A DNA stretch of 64,000 nt, taken from NCBI GenBank assembly GCA_951406725.2, contig OX597837.1, forward strand, positions 45,012,001 through 45,076,000, given 5' to 3'. Shown in pieces: positions 1 to 16,792 of the stretch (positions within the stretch are counted from its first letter, which is position 1; each line of letters opens with the position of its first letter). The notes beneath the pieces are model-generated. The model saw only the letters and a program-made list of their open reading frames with translations. It was not told where the DNA came from and ran no database searches. Both the position numbers and the translations under genes were made by a program. This stretch comes from Octopus vulgaris. Lineage: Eukaryota.

Positions 1-39
1 TTAAATGATTTTTACACTTTGATATGGTTGAAATCACTT

Positions 40-490
40 CCAGCAAGCTTTTAAATCATCAAATGATAAAAAAAGCTGCAAGTGTAATGGATAAGATCCC
101 TGGTGAGCTTGTTAAATATGTATGCGAAGCCACAGAGACATCGCTTATGAAATTTCATTACATGATGTGTTACGATTAGAGATACTAGACCAGTGGAAAA
201 ACATCGGTCGTTTGTAGAGCTGACAGAAATGTTTGATAGTATTATTGATTGCTTAAACTCGAAGAGAATCTCTCTGCTTGTGTTGAACATCAACCGACTT
301 TGTTTAACTAAAAGATATGATTTTCAAAGGCCCAAATGCTTTACAATGTAAAATTATTATCGCCATCGAATGCATATTAAATGCAGTAATTAACTTTGTC
401 GGCTTTTGACATTGTGCACAGCAATGTTATGTTGAAAATCGTTAAAAAGTATGGAATAGATGGAAATTTTGAAACCCTGAAATGGCGTGA
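40..490 (+). pseudogene. Degraded non-LTR retrotransposon (LINE) reverse transcriptase fragment
   Basis: Broken frames give KKAASVMDKIPGELVKY (cf. KAPGPDGIPxELLK) and SAFDIVHSNVMLKIVKKYGIDG (cf. KAFDxVxHxxLLxKLxxYGIxG). Contains stops and frameshifts. Confidence 0.6.
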
Positions 491-679
491 TGCAAAAGAG
501 ATAGTACATCCTTAAAATGTACGCTCAAAGGCATACGTAGTGCGTGTGACTAACGGATGTACAGTAGAAGTACGGGACGAACTGAAGCAAGGGCCCTCGC
601 CTTGGCAATCGTTCGTCCAGTGTCATATTTATTTATGAATAGTATGTATGTATGTATGTATGTATGTATTATATATGTA

Positions 680-880
680 TTATGATAGATCGTTAACCGC
701 TACACACATTTTATTTTCTCTCCTTGTTTCTCTCCTTGTTTTTTCTGTGTCCCTTTCTGTAGAAGAGCGTAGGCTCGAAACGTAAAAGACTTTTTCTATT
801 CCCGAGCGTTATACTAATACATCTGTTTGTTTTGTACACCACCTGTCTTCGTCTTTTGTTTTTTTCGTAAACTCTCCCTA
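680..880 (+). mobile_element. Short dispersed repeat (Penelope pLTR-like) carrying a hammerhead-like motif
   Basis: Related copies at about 13020-13220 (-), 39825-40030 (+) and 40514-40748. Contains CTTT-CTGTAGA-A-GAGC-GTAG-GCTC-GAAACGTA-AAAG at 753-788. Confidence 0.6.
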
Positions 881-1939
881 CATATATATATATATATATA
901 CATGCATACATACGTTCATATATAACTAAATAAGCATGAGCGGGTTTGTACATGTATGTGCTTGTGTGTGTGTGTGCATATGTTTCCATGTAAGTGTGTG
1001 TGTGATTTCGTGTGTGCATGTGTGTTTCCTTGTGTGTCCTTGTGTATGTGTGTGTGTGTGTGAGCGCACGCGTATGTACGTAATAGTATAGTTCTGGTAA
1101 CCAGACACCTGTATCTTTAAGGTTGATGTTAACTGAAGGCGTTTTATATGGTTTTCGAAACTGAAAACATCAGAAGACGAATTCCAACAATGTCTGATGA
1201 TATTTATATCTGATTAAACACAAGCTCAAGAGTATGGCAGTAGTGAAAAATCAAGTGATGCAATTAAGTGGATGATTCACTCTTTCTCTAAAGTTAATTA
1301 TATCACGTTCAGCAAATATCTAATTCTCTGATTATGAAATTAAATTAAGTTTAATTGGGATACAGGGCGATTCTTGATGAAAATCAGATTTTCTCATAAT
1401 ACAGAGTGCTATCATAAAGTAATTGCGCTAATTGTGCGCTTTGGAACCTTTTCAGATTATTAAGAAGTATTTTACGATATTCCTGCATTTACAGAAAATT
1501 CTCGCTTTCTTTATTGGTATTTGTGGTTCTTAAGAATTAAAGGATATTTTTTTCCGAAGTGCACATTTGCCAGTTGTATTTCATTCTGCACTTTGTGAAT
1601 TTCCAGAAAGAATTTTATTATTTGGTTAGGTTTCCCTTCGGTCTATGTTGCAGAAAGAAGAGTTATTTGAGTTTACAATTCAAGGTTCCGACTCGCAGTT
1701 GGAATATTTTTCGCGATCTTTATATTTTGCGCACACGCTCATCATCGTGAATAATTTATAGGAGGATATCAGAATATGAGCAGCGTTCTCTTTTGCAACA
1801 GCGATTTGCAGCTTTTGATTTCTTGTTTGTTTCTGTTTTGTGATCATACATTTGAAAATTGATATACAAAATATAAAACTGTAATTTCATTCTTTATTAA
1901 TAGTTTTTATTAAATAATTCTTTCCCTCTTTCTCTTTTC

Positions 1940-2004
<65 letters not shown>

Positions 2005-2094
2005 TATATATGTATATATATATTCATATATGTATATATACATATATATATATATGTGTGTATATATATCTATATCTATATCTATATCTATATC

Positions 2095-2159
<65 letters not shown>

Positions 2160-2975
2160 GGTTCATATACGCGCGCGAACTTTCAAAGAAATCATTTCAT
2201 ATAGTTTTTTCTTCTTCCAGGTACCATAAATGGATACTTTACATACGGAATCGATGAAGCAGAAAATCTAATAAATAGTAAAAATATAATTAAAATTTTT
2301 AATGAACATATCTTACTCATTGATATACATGTAAATTATTACCAACATAGGGAATTATTAAAAGAAAATACACAAGCACGGTCTAAATGAACGACGTACA
2401 CACAAACATCATATTAGTCCGTACATAAATAAATAATACACACAAACACACACACACACACACATACACACACACACACATACACACACACACACACGTA
2501 TATAAATATATCTACATATTTATGTACTACACAAACATTTCTGATGCTTGTGATCTTAACATAAGATATTTATAACCCAGTGGGTTTTACGTCGTCTTTT
2601 CGAAAGACATCGTTAATAAAGCCATTACTATCGACGCCTTTTGCAAAGACATCATCATCCTCATCTGCACCATCACCATAATCACTATTAAACCAATACT
2701 ACTACCGCAACCACCACAACCCACCACAATCACTACAAACAGAATTAACGCCACCATAACCGCTGCCACCATCATTGCTGTTATCAGAAGCGACCAGACC
2801 AAGAATAAGTACAAGAGAGTTCGATAACCGTGCGGAATATATTCGAATGAAATGATGTTTGAAAACATAAATGAAAATAAAAATAGGATTTTAAAAAATT
2901 GAAATAAAAAATAGTAATATCATAATAAAAGACTTGTTGATCAAGGTATGAACTGTTGCACCTGTCATTCTGCAG

Positions 2976-3137
2976 AATGGTTCACCTTGTAAATTGCACT
3001 TATTACGAGAAAGGTGCGTTACAAAGACGTTTGTGTAAGAACAGCAATGCATTCTGTTGCGGGCCTCTCTCGTCACGTCACTGCTCCAGCGCCGCCTGCG
3101 ACTATGTGGACCAAGGCTCCGTTATCACACCTTCAGT
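2976..3137 (+). CDS. Shisa-like single-pass membrane protein, Cys-rich extracellular-domain exon (phase 2-2)
   Basis: Acceptor ctgtcattctgcAG ends at 2975 and donor GTGAGT starts at 3138. Encodes MVHLVNCTYYEKGALQRRLCKNSNAFCCGPLSSRHCSSAACDYVDQGSVITPS(V), with six Cys and a C..Y...G......C......FCCG....R.C pattern typical of Shisa/Shisa-like domains. The terminal GT joins G at 26207 to form GTG (Val) in frame. Confidence 0.8.
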
Positions 3138-3879
3138 GTGAGTATCAGTTACAATGTTATCGTATTTATAGTATTGGTGGTGGTATCAGTGGTTATGGTG
3201 GATCTGTTGTGTTGTTTTTTTTATGTTGTCTATGTTGTTGTTTATGTTGGTGATATTGATGTCATATTTTTTTTGTTTTGTCTTTTCATGATTGCTCGAT
3301 AAAATAATATTTCAAGGCAGCCGAGTTGGCAGAATCGTGAGGACACTTTTTAGTAAACGTTCCGCTTCTTTACGCTCTAAGTTCAAACTCCTTCAACTTT
3401 TCTTTTCGCACACGATATACCAAATACCAATCCAGAATTTTTTCTCTCTCCCTCTATCTATTTCTTTCTTCTTTCTTGCTCTCTCTTTATCTACCTTCTC
3501 TCTATTTATCTATCTATCTCTTCATTCATCTTCTCTATCTGGAAGAAGTCTGCTGTGTTCAGATTCGAAGAGGGATGAGAACCTTCGAACGCACATGATA
3601 CGCTGTATGTCACGACGGTACCCAACGACTCTATCAGAGTTTGAGTATCCCCAAAATTAAGGAACGAAAAGATTTTGTCAGTAAAAGGGGATAGATTTTT
3701 ATAGGTGGCTTAAACCGGACTCCGAACTTCAAGAGAATTCCACCAACAAAATATACCTTACACAATCAACCCAACCAGGTAGTTAGGGAGCCCCTAATTG
3801 TAATTCAACATGCTAGAAGTTGCAGCCAAATTACACCATACTCACTTAAAATAATGGAATATATTTAAAACCCTCACTT

Positions 3880-4232
3880 CTTATGGATCATAATCCATTG
3901 ACGAATTTTCTTCACTATATTCTGAGCTGTCTTTTCAGTTTCCCTCCAGTTGGACCTATGCTCTTCCTTGCAGCTTCCTTTCGCCGGGGGAAGGCCTTCC
4001 TCCTCCGTGCTTTGAATTGCTATCGATGCTTCTGTTACTTTACTTTTATCTCGGTACAGATGTTGGCCCTTACGCAAACTCATTTTTGCCTCTGGTGAGA
4101 TGTGGGTCGCATTAGTTTAGCCTCCGTATTATGAGTTGTCCAGCAGTAGAAACCCTAGCATAATCTTGTACTCCGCCGATATACCTCTTAGATTCATTGA
4201 GGCATAGAAGCCACCACTCCACCACAAGGACT
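3880..4232 (-). mobile_element. Probable degraded 5' end of an RTE-clade LINE
   Basis: The minus strand reads CCTTGTGGTGGAGTGGTGGCTTCTATGCCTCAATGAATC, which resembles the CCTTGTCGTGG...GGCTTGCGTG..TCAATGA start of RTE 5' UTRs (recalled from memory). Confidence 0.35.
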
Positions 4233-4523
4233 GGACGCACTAGTATAGAAAAGAAAAGTTTGAGTAACATGGGAACAAAAAATAACAAATTATGATACAT
4301 CACATTTTGAGGTGATTTGGTTGTTATTCTTAACAGATCGAGCGTTAGATTCCTTGGAAGAAAGCAGCGAATGTATACAAAAACAAGAACAGAAAAAACG
4401 GAGAATGTTACACAAATACAAATAAGAGGACATAACAACAGGTGTCTTTCGACTAAGGATGATTTAAATTAAGCTGGTGTGTGTGGAAATAAAAACCTGG
4501 AAAACTACAGAACAATAATTCTA

Positions 4524-5872
4524 CAGTAGAATTTGCCTAATTTGTCGCCTCTAAAGGAAACTAAAACGCACATAAAATTAGAATTCTACTGTACTTAAAA
4601 TATGGCAGCCGAGAATAACATTTTAGAAATTTACTATTTTCTATTGAAACAAAAATTATAAAAACATTGCTAGGGTTTTTTCCAAAAATAAGCCCATCCG
4701 ATTTTAAGTTAATGGGCTTATCTTTAGAAACTCTTTTCATGCACAACTCCAGTACTTGTTATTAATTTCAGAAAAAAAAATTATTCAAGCCAAATTATTT
4801 AAGTTTGTATTTAAGTCCATCGGCTTATTTTTGGTAGAAAGCAGTGTTTTAAAAATGAAATAAAATAAAATTAATTTTAAAAAATACAGTAGAATTCGCA
4901 TAATTAGCTATCCAAAGGAGACAACTGGAAGTGACGAATTAGGTAAAGTAACCAATTAGCCAAAGACGAATTAGACTAATTCTCCTGTATTAATGCTAAC
5001 TCTCTTTTACTCTTTTTCAGTCATTTGACTGTGGCCATGCTGGAGCACCGCCTTTAGTCGAGCAAATCGACCCCAGGACTTATTCTTTGTAAGCCTAGTA
5101 CTTATTCTATCGGTCTCTTTTGCCGAACTGCTAAGTTACGGGGACGTACACACACCAGCATCGGTTGTCAAGCGATGTTGGGGGGACAAACACAGACACA
5201 CAAATACACACACACATACATACATATATACATATACATTTATACGACGGGCTTCTTTCAGTTTCCGTCTACCAAATCCACTCACAAGGATTTGGTCAGC
5301 CCGAGGCTATAGAAGAAGGCACTTGCCCAAGGTACCACGCCGCCGTGGGACTGAAACCGGAACCATGTGGTTCGTAAGCAAGCTACTTACCACACAGCCA
5401 CTCCTACGCTTAACTAATAAATTTTACTTATGATTTATTTGTCAGATTAATTTTTTTTTAATGTGAAAGAATTACCTGAGCATATGGCTGATTTGAAAGT
5501 ATATAATGACCATTCCATTGCAATCAATGTTTTTTTTTGTTGTGGGATTTCAATTCAAGTGAAAAAATCTTATTTACAACTTCATATTTTATTATTCCTA
5601 CTTGATACAACTAAATAAAATGACTATATTTTGAAAAGCCTTGATTTAAAAAAACAGTTTTTGTTTAAATTTATTTTTGATTATTTTTGTACTATATTTT
5701 TAACGATTTGCATGTTTTTTTTAAATTCTGTTAATAAATAAAATATATTGTCTCAAATTTACCTAATATAATGTATTTTAATTTTTAAAATGTTATTCTC
5801 GGTACAGTAGAATTTTAATTCTAAATACTTTTAACTTTCCTTTAGAGGTAACGGTTTAGGCAAATTTTCCTG
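4524..5872. mobile_element. Non-autonomous Tc1/mariner/pogo-type DNA transposon with imperfect ~70-bp TIRs and a nested SINE
   Basis: CAGTAGAATTTGCCTAATTTGTCGCCTCTAAAGGAAA...AATTCTACTGTAC (4524-4594) is an imperfect inverse of 5802-5872. TA flanks both ends. Confidence 0.6.
5001..5410 (-). mobile_element. tRNA-derived SINE, family A (full length)
   Basis: The minus strand has a GCGTAGGAGTGGCTGTGTGGTAAG head (A box) and a GGTTTCAGTCCC B box, an internal (TA)/(TG) microsatellite and a CCAGCATGGCCACAGTCAAATGACTGAAA..GTAAAAGAG tail. About 20 further full or partial copies occur, e.g. 8925-9078, 18063-18454, 19016-19368, 21800-22005, 22314-22480, 27155-27283, 37475-37630, 41035-41430, 42138-42490, 50660-51040, 54887-55022, 59020-59170. 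Confidence 0.9.
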
Positions 5873-6129
5873 TAGAATATATATATGTGAATGCATGTAT
5901 GTATGTATGTATGTATCAAATGAACAGAAAGCAAAAGATAGAGACAGGTGAAGTAACAAGCAAGAGTATTAATTTGACCCTCCGGAAAAATGGAATAGTC
6001 TTTGACATTTCGAGTCTATGCTCTTAGACAGAAGGGGATGAGAGCGGAAGAAGTGGAAAAAGAAAGAGAGAGAACGGACAGAGGGAAAACGTGTGGGGTT
6101 TAATGGTTCCACAAATTGAAATATATAAA

Positions 6130-7800
<1,671 letters not shown>

Positions 7801-7931
7801 CGCCGATACCGCAATTAAGATGTACAAAGCCATCATCAACAGGAACGGATCTAACATTAATAGTAACGTCAGCATCGCAGCCAACCCCTCAGCACAACCA
7901 ACACCCTAACCACCGACACCACCACCGTCAT

Positions 7932-8352
7932 AAATACCTATTTCTTTACTGCCCACATGGGGCTAAACACAGAGGGGACAAACAAGGACAGACAAACGGA
8001 TTGAGTCGATTACATCGACCCCAGTGCGTAACTGGTACTTATTTAATCAACCCCGAAAGGATGAAAGGCAAAGTCGACCTCAGCGGAATTTGAACTCAGA
8101 ACGTAGCAGCAAACGAAATACCTATTTCTTTACTACCCACAAGGGGCTAAACACAGAGGGGACAAAGAAGGACAGACAAACGGATTAAGTCGATTACATC
8201 GACCCCAGTGCGTAACTGGTACTTATTTAATCGACCCCGAAAGGATGAAAGGCAAAGTCGACCTCGGCGGAATTTGAACTCAGAACGTAACGGCAGACGA
8301 AATACCGCTAAGCATTTCGCCCGGCGTGCTAACGACTCTGCCAGCTCGCCAC
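7932..8352 (-). mobile_element. tRNA-derived SINE, family B, with a tandemly duplicated 184-bp body
   Basis: Head GGCGAGCTGGCAGAGTCGTTAGCAC, B box GAGTTCAAATTCC and central GCCTTTCATCCTTTCGGGGTCGAT. AAATACC recurs at 7932, 8116 and 8300. Other family B copies at about 25240-25460, 34880-35095, 35149-35560, 51330-51550, 56965-57170 and 61945-62095. Confidence 0.9.
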
Positions 8353-8863
8353 CATCATAAATACCACCACCACAACCAGCAATAACAACAACATACAACC
8401 ACCACCGACACCACCACAACCACCACAACCAACAACTACACAACACCACCACCACCATCTCCACCAAACCACCTCTGACACTGCTACAACCATCATCACT
8501 AAGACCACAACAAACACCACCACCACCACCACCTCTACAACCGTCCAAAGTCTGTGGCCATGCTGGGGCACCGCCGTTATCATCACCTTTCAATGGTCAT
8601 TCTGAAATGGTTGGCTTTTAATATTGTTGCTCTCATTTGAGTTTGCTGCCTTTATATAGCTACACCTCCATCACCAACATGCTATATGCTTACGACATCA
8701 CCTTAGACTCTTTGGCCAAAATTCATGTAACACCTTGTAACACCAAAGCTGGACTGAAGGCAAGCTTTGTTACTATACCAACATTCCAGTTACTTATTGA
8801 TCAGACCACGTAGCCACGAAGACATATACACAGATATATAGATACATACATACACACACACAT

Positions 8864-8918
<55 letters not shown>

Positions 8919-9562
8919 CAACTGGATTCTTTCAGTTTCTCTCTGCCAAATCTACTCGCAAGGCTTTTGTGGACCCCAGGCTATAGTACAAGACACTTGC
9001 ACAAGGTGGCACGCCGTGGAACTGAACCCGGAAACATGTGGTTAGGAAGCAAGCTTCTTAACACACAGTCACGCCTATATATACTACATATTTATAGTAT
9101 TTAATCTTTCCTAAAATGAATATTAAACGAATGTGGCGCCATCTAAAGTATGTTTGTTCCCAAACAACACTTATCTTAGTGCTGTTGACACCGCCGGATT
9201 GTACGGTACTGACCAGGTGTCGAAACCATAATGATGTTCGTGGGGCAGCTGATGATGGAAGCTTGCTGGATTGTTGGTATGGCTGTTATTGTATGTGCGG
9301 AATACTTTTATAAGACATCCATTTGATATATATCCTTTGGAGGTGTTGATAAGTTTACTGCCATATAATATATATAATATAAGTGTTTAGATAAAAGATG
9401 TCGCTTGAAATAGGAGAATATATATTATTATGATATATTATTGTATACGCATTATTGCAGAAAAAATTACTTTAGCCATCACTTTATCGCTGTAACTTAC
9501 CAAGCCCCCGGGTTTGTTTACAAATATTAAATATGCATTTATGTATGTATGTATGTATGTTT

Positions 9563-9797
<235 letters not shown>

Positions 9798-10359
9798 TAC
9801 ACTTACACAAAGACCTAGATACACACATATATAAGCACACACATGCACACGTACGCTAATATACTCTAGACACATACATACAGACTTAATCACAAGCGAG
9901 AATAATCGTACATACAACTCATCCACAATGGTCGTGATGAGAATGTCACGTATACACCTATACACATTCTTGCATACACACATAAATACAATAACTCAAT
10001 CAAACATACATAAATATATGTGGATATATATATATATGCGTACATACGCAGGTATACTCTTACACACGCTCACACATAATGACCATAAGCTCAAATAATC
10101 GTACAAACTCACAGATTTATATATACATACATATATACACACGCAGTGTCAGATATACAAAAATATACACACACACACACACACACACGCACAAACCACA
10201 AACATATTCACACATATAGACCTACTGTCAAGCATTGGTCACTACATATATAGTCACATAACATACTTACACATCTACTGATACACAGACGCACATACAC
10301 ACGTACTGACAATCCCGTGATGTAAACATCTACATATAGAGCGCACGCGTAACAAACAC

Positions 10360-10420
<61 letters not shown>

Positions 10421-10974
10421 TACAAACACACACACACAGAAATAGAAACACACACACACATACGAATACAAGCACACATATAGACGCACGGAAATAATCC
10501 AAGTCTAAACCAAATCATTAAAACGGAGCAAAAAATTATACACAAAACAAAATGAGACGAATTCAAAACAACACAAACAAAGCAAACATCAAGACAAAAC
10601 AACAACAACAACAACATAAGCAGCATCTATAACAACAACAACAACAACAACAAAAACAACAACAACAACTGCATTAGCAAACAAAAGTGAAAAACAACTA
10701 TAAGAACAATAGCGAAAGTACAAGATCAGCAACAACACAATTTCACTTTAGACACGGAGATAACGATGTTCGTAAGAAGAAAATTTAGATTCCAGTACCA
10801 GCAGACCGTTTTATTATTCAACAACTGTCGATTATCGTCAGTATTATATCTCAGCCATTTACATTTCTCCTGTCTTCGGCGCCATTTTATTTACTGTTTG
10901 CAAAGTGAAGGATTGGCGAATCGGCAGCGAATGAAATGCAGTGGAATTGTGACGATCCCATATTATTTTTCTGA

Positions 10975-12512
10975 TATGTATGTATGTATGTGTGTGTGTA
11001 TGTATGTATGTGTGTGTGTATGTATATATGTACGTATTCATGTATGTATGTATGTGTGTATGTATGTATGTATGTATGTATGTATGTATGTATGTATGTA
11101 TGTGTGTATGTTTGTATGTATGTTTGTATGTATGTATGTATGTATGTATGTATGTATGTATGTATGTATGTTTGAATGTATGTATGTGTGTATGTATGTA
11201 TGTATGTATGTATGTATGTTTGAATGTATGTATGTTTGTATGTATGTATGTATGTATGTATGTATGTGTGTATGTTTGTATGTATGTGTGTGTGTATGTA
11301 TGTATGTATGTATGTATGTATGTATGTATGTATGTGTGTATGTTTGTATGTATGTGTGTGTGTATGTATGTATGTATGTATGTATGTATGTATGTTTGTA
11401 TGTATGTGTGTGTGTATGTATGTATGTATGTATGTATGTATGTTTGTATGTATGTATGTATGTATGTATGTATGTATGTATGTATGTATGTATGTATGTA
11501 TGTATGTATGTATGTTTGTATGTGTGTGTATGTATGTATGTATGAATGTATGTATGTATGAATGTATGTATGTATGTATGTATGTATGTATATATGTATG
11601 TATGTATGTATGTTTGTATGTATGTATGTATGTATGTGTGTATGTATATATGTATGTATGTATGTGTATATGTATGTGTATATGTACGTATGTATGTATG
11701 TGTGCATGTATGAATGTATGTATGTATGTATGTCTTTATGTATGTATGAATGTATGTATGTATGTATGTATGTATGAATGTATGTATGTATGTTTGTATG
11801 TAGGTATGTATTTATGTATGTATGTACGTATGTATGTATGTATGTATGTATGTTTGAATGTATGTATGTATGTATGTATGTATGTATGCATGTATGTATG
11901 TATGTATGCATGTATGTATATATGTATGTATGTATGTTTGAATGTATGTATGTATGTATGTATGAATGCATGTATGAATGTATGCAAGCATGCATGTATG
12001 TATGTATGCATGTATGTATGCATGTATGTATGTATGTATGCATGTATGCATGTATGCATGTATGAATGTATGCAAGCATGCATGTATGTATGTATGTATG
12101 TATGAATGTATGTATGTATGTATGCATGTATGTATATATGTATGTATGTATGTTTGAATGTATGTATGTATGTATGTATGTATGCATGTATGAATGTATG
12201 CAAGCATGCATGTATGTATGTATGAATGTATGTATGTATGTATGTATGTATGTATGTATGTATGTATGTATGTATGTATGAATGTATGTATGTATGTATG
12301 TATGCAAGCATGCATGTATGTATGTATGTATGTATGTATGTATGTATGTATGTATGTATGTATGTATGTATGTATGTATGTATGTATGTATGTATGTATG
12401 TATGTATGTATGTATGTATGTATGTATGTATGTATGTATGTATGTATGTGTATGTATGTATGTATGTATGTATGTATGTATGTATGTATGTATGTATGTA
12501 TGTATGCATGCA
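10975..12512. repeat. About 1.5-kb imperfect (TATG)n tetranucleotide tract
   Basis: Directly visible, with recurring GAATG/GCAAGCATGC interruptions. Similar tracts at 32330-32766 and 52570-53035. Confidence 0.95.
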
Positions 12513-12515
12513 TAC

Positions 12516-12712
12516 CAGAGTCCGCCAAAAGGCTATATACACATTTCAGGAAAGGAAAAAGTCTATATAAATATTTTTATTCAGTGTTATCACAATTTGC
12601 TAGAATGTCGAAAGAGGTATTTATATTTATACGGTTACTGATACAAATTAAATATTTATACAGAATTTTCCTTTCCTGAAGTGTGTATACATTTTGTTTT
12701 TGGTGGACTCTG
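12516..12712. mobile_element. MITE with imperfect TIRs
   Basis: CAGAGTCCGCCAAAA..TATACACATTTCAGGAAAGGAAAA..TATAAATATTT is the inverse of AAATATTTATACAGAATTTTCCTTTCCTGAAGTGTGTATAC..TTTTGGTGGACTCTG. Confidence 0.65.
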
Positions 12713-12729
12713 TATATATAAATAAATAA

Positions 12730-12834
<105 letters not shown>

Positions 12835-12850
12835 ATATATAGTTCAAATT

Positions 12851-12971
<121 letters not shown>

Positions 12972-12978
12972 TTATTTA

Positions 12979-13012
<34 letters not shown>

Positions 13013-13522
13013 GTTCAAATTTACAGAAAACAAAAGACGAAGACAGATAAGGGAACAACAAGCAGGTGTATTAGTTTGATGCTTGGGAAGATTGGAAAAG
13101 TTATGGATGTTTCGAGCCTATGCTATTCTACAGAAAGGAATGAGAGGGAAAACAAAGAGAGAACGAAAAAAAAATAACAGAGAGAGAAAATATATGTAGG
13201 GATTAACGGTTAAAACATGACGAAATGACCGGAAGAAAGAAGATAAGTGAAAGGGTGGTAATAACGTTGAACCGGCTGAACTAGGGTGCGCAAGAGCTTG
13301 AATGTGTGTAAGAATGGAGGGCGTACGTGCATATGTGTCAATGGGGGCGAGCTTTGTAATTAAAACAAAATTAGGAGAAACTTTTTCAAATATAAATAAA
13401 GTGGAAGTTTACAGAGTTAAACATTATTTTCCATCTTACTTAAAGTTTTGTTACATTTTGAAAACTAAAAAAATTTTTTAATGTTTATTATTGTTTATAT
13501 TTTGAATTACATGTATATACAC

Positions 13523-13921
13523 TTACTCTTTACTCTTTTACTCTTTTACTTGCTTCAGTCATTTGACTGCGTCCATGCTGGAGCACCACCTTTGGTCGAG
13601 CAAATCGACCCCGGGACTTATCCTTTGTAAGCCCAGTACTTATTCTATCGGTCTCTTTGACCGAACCGCTAGGTGACGGGGGCATAAGCACACCAGCATC
13701 GGTTGTCAGGCAATGCTAGGGGGACAAACACGCACACACACATATATATACATATATACGACGGGCTTCTTTCAGTTTCCGTCTACCAAATCCACTCACA
13801 AGGCTTTGGTCGGCCCGTGGCTATAGTAGAAGACACTTGACCAAGGTGCGACGCAGTGGGACTGAACCTGGAACCATGTGGTTGGTAAACAGGCTACTTA
13901 CCACACAGCCACTCCTGCGCC
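13523..13921 (-). mobile_element. tRNA-derived SINE, family A (full length)
   Basis: Colinear with 5001-5410 and has a (GTAAAAGA)n tail. Confidence 0.9.
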
Positions 13922-14809
13922 TATATAGGGACACCAAAATCTAAAAAAAAATAGGGTCTTAGTCCAGCTCTGTCAACATACGTCAGGTATTTTTCCTTTA
14001 GTTCTCTCTTGCTTCACCCACATTCTTAACTTGTTGGCTAATTCTATAAATGGTATGAGCCCTCTCCTTCTCACACAGTCCCTACTATTATCCTAAAACT
14101 GATTTTTAAGCTTTTAAGTCTTCGCTCAACTTGCTAGAAACAGCGACGAAATCTTCCCTCAAATTACATCACACACACCGAATGACACTTTGGCCTCCCA
14201 TTCAAAAACTGACAATGAAGACACGTCTGCTTCATCATTGATCTTATGTCTGTTTAATCAAGCGTGAAAGGACGATCTAGTACTAAGCAATAACAACGAC
14301 AGCAACAACAAAATAACAAGATTAATACAAATAGCAACAACAACAGCAACAATTAAGATTTCTTCTCATTCCACATTTTCAGTGTATACACCTGTATGTA
14401 TTGTTTAGTATTTTTCAGCCATTTTGGATACGTCCATTCATTTCGTTTCCTTCCTAACGGCAAACTAAAATTTATTCCACTTAGTGAACTGTACGTACTT
14501 ATTATTCACCGTAGCAAACCATTACAAGGTTTTTCAGACTGCACCGATTCCCTTTGATGTGTAATAAATTCCGCTTAGTTTGAATGGAGTTAAAACTTTT
14601 CCGAAGATTGTAACAAAACCAAAACGAGAACCAAAAATTTAGTTTCGAAGAAAATCGAATTTTCCAGAACAAAGATCAATCGATCTCTCCGAGGAATGAT
14701 TCTATGTTTAGTTTTAATTTCCTTTCAAACTACAGCACTGAATAATAAAGCTTCTAAGTATATGTATGCCTATATATACATACATAAATACACATCTACA
14801 TCTACATAC

Positions 14810-14846
<37 letters not shown>

Positions 14847-14942
14847 CAAATATATATACATTTACATACACAGACACACACATATATGTATGTGTATATG
14901 TGTATATACACACATATATATAATATATACATACATGCATAC

Positions 14943-15005
<63 letters not shown>

Positions 15006-15197
15006 CACCTATAGGTTAAAGTATCAGTTGGTTTCTATATCGGTAATGTAATGCATATCTGTATGAATTTTTGTGTGTGTTTGTGTGTGTGCGTGTGTAT
15101 TTATATCTACGCAGATGTTTGTGTGTGTGTGTATAAATATACATACACATACATATATATGTATATATATATGTATGTATAAATATATATATACATA

Positions 15198-15267
<70 letters not shown>

Positions 15268-16048
15268 TATATACATACATTACATATTCAAGAACACATG
15301 AAAACGTACAAATATACATTCATACAATATATATACACCTGTACACGTGTATATATGTGTATTCATACGTATAAAATGCCTATTTCTAATTCACTGTCTG
15401 CTTCGGTAATTACCTCAATGTCTGCACCTATCTCTCCCTACGTCTCTCTCTCTATGCCTACATACACACACACACACAAATATGTATACATACATACAGA
15501 CATACATACATGCATGCATACAAACCAAGTGAAACACCATGGAATTGCTTTTAAATGCGTCCATTGCAATTATTTCCCTCCGTTTTAATTATTTTAAATC
15601 CATTGTTGAAAGCCGTTTTCACTGGTGATTGAATCATAGGATGTTTCTTTAAAACGTCCTCTTAACAGAACACTTGAAGTTCTGTAAAACTCACTCACTC
15701 AGACACAAGTTTTTCAGACTCAAATACACACACGCACACTCACAAACAAATACACACACACAGACACGAACAAAGAAAAACACAAACCCACGCTCGTGCG
15801 TACAGCCTGATGCATGTATGCATATAACAAATTGTATATTTAAGATTATATATAAATATGTTACCTAGCTTTGAACATATAGACGCAAATATATTTCTGA
15901 TATTATAACCTTAACGTTAATATTTAGACGTATGTGTAATATTTGTGTATCTAGGGGCGAGGGGAAATGTATACTAATATATACAAACTCATACATACAT
16001 TTACACTCGAAAAGACATATGTATAGATATACGTATGCATATACAGTC

Positions 16049-16145
<97 letters not shown>

Positions 16146-16320
16146 ATACATATATATATATACCTATAGAGATTTACATATATATACACACACATACATA
16201 CATATATACATTTCCAATATTCATATAAAAGCACAAGCACACAACCACACACATATTCATACACATATATATAGGTAGATATGTAGATATATATGTATAT
16301 GTATATATATGTATATATAC

Positions 16321-16376
<56 letters not shown>

Positions 16377-16745
16377 ATATGTATATATATGTATATATAC
16401 GTATATATATATATATATATGTATATACATGTAGATATTATATACACATACATACACATTCATCTCTCTATCCATTTATCTAACAATCTATATATATATA
16501 TACATGTGTGTGTGACTATCATATTCCTATGTGTGTGCGTGCATATATATATATATACGTAAATATGTATGCATATTTATGTGTGTGAGTGTGTGTGTTT
16601 GTGTAGATACCATATACATACGTATAGATATTTATCTATCAATCAATCTATATATATCTGTGCGACTATCATATATCAATATGTGTGTTTGTGTGTGTAT
16701 ATATATATGTATATATATATATAAATATATATACATATATGTGTG

Positions 16746-16792
<47 letters not shown>

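Noticed and set aside
1560-1830. Minus-strand QLRVGTLNC resembling the start of a LINE APE endonuclease
   Set aside because: It is a single short motif followed by a stop, with no further endonuclease motifs seen.
2221-2390. Strong acceptor at 2220 followed by about 56 open codons ([16 protein letters not shown]...)
   Set aside because: The sequence is AT-rich with no recognisable product, is not a signal peptide and has no convincing in-phase donor to the 2976 exon. It could still be a UTR exon, but this is unsupported.
5340-5410. tRNA genes suggested by A/B boxes here and at 8270-8352, 19770-19838 and 55673-55745
   Set aside because: These are SINE heads followed by SINE bodies and do not form complete cloverleaves.
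10766-12679. MYVC/HTYI-repeat ORFs up to 482 aa (also 32173-32842 and 52529-53198)
   Set aside because: These are translations of (TATG)n, which has no stop codon in any frame.
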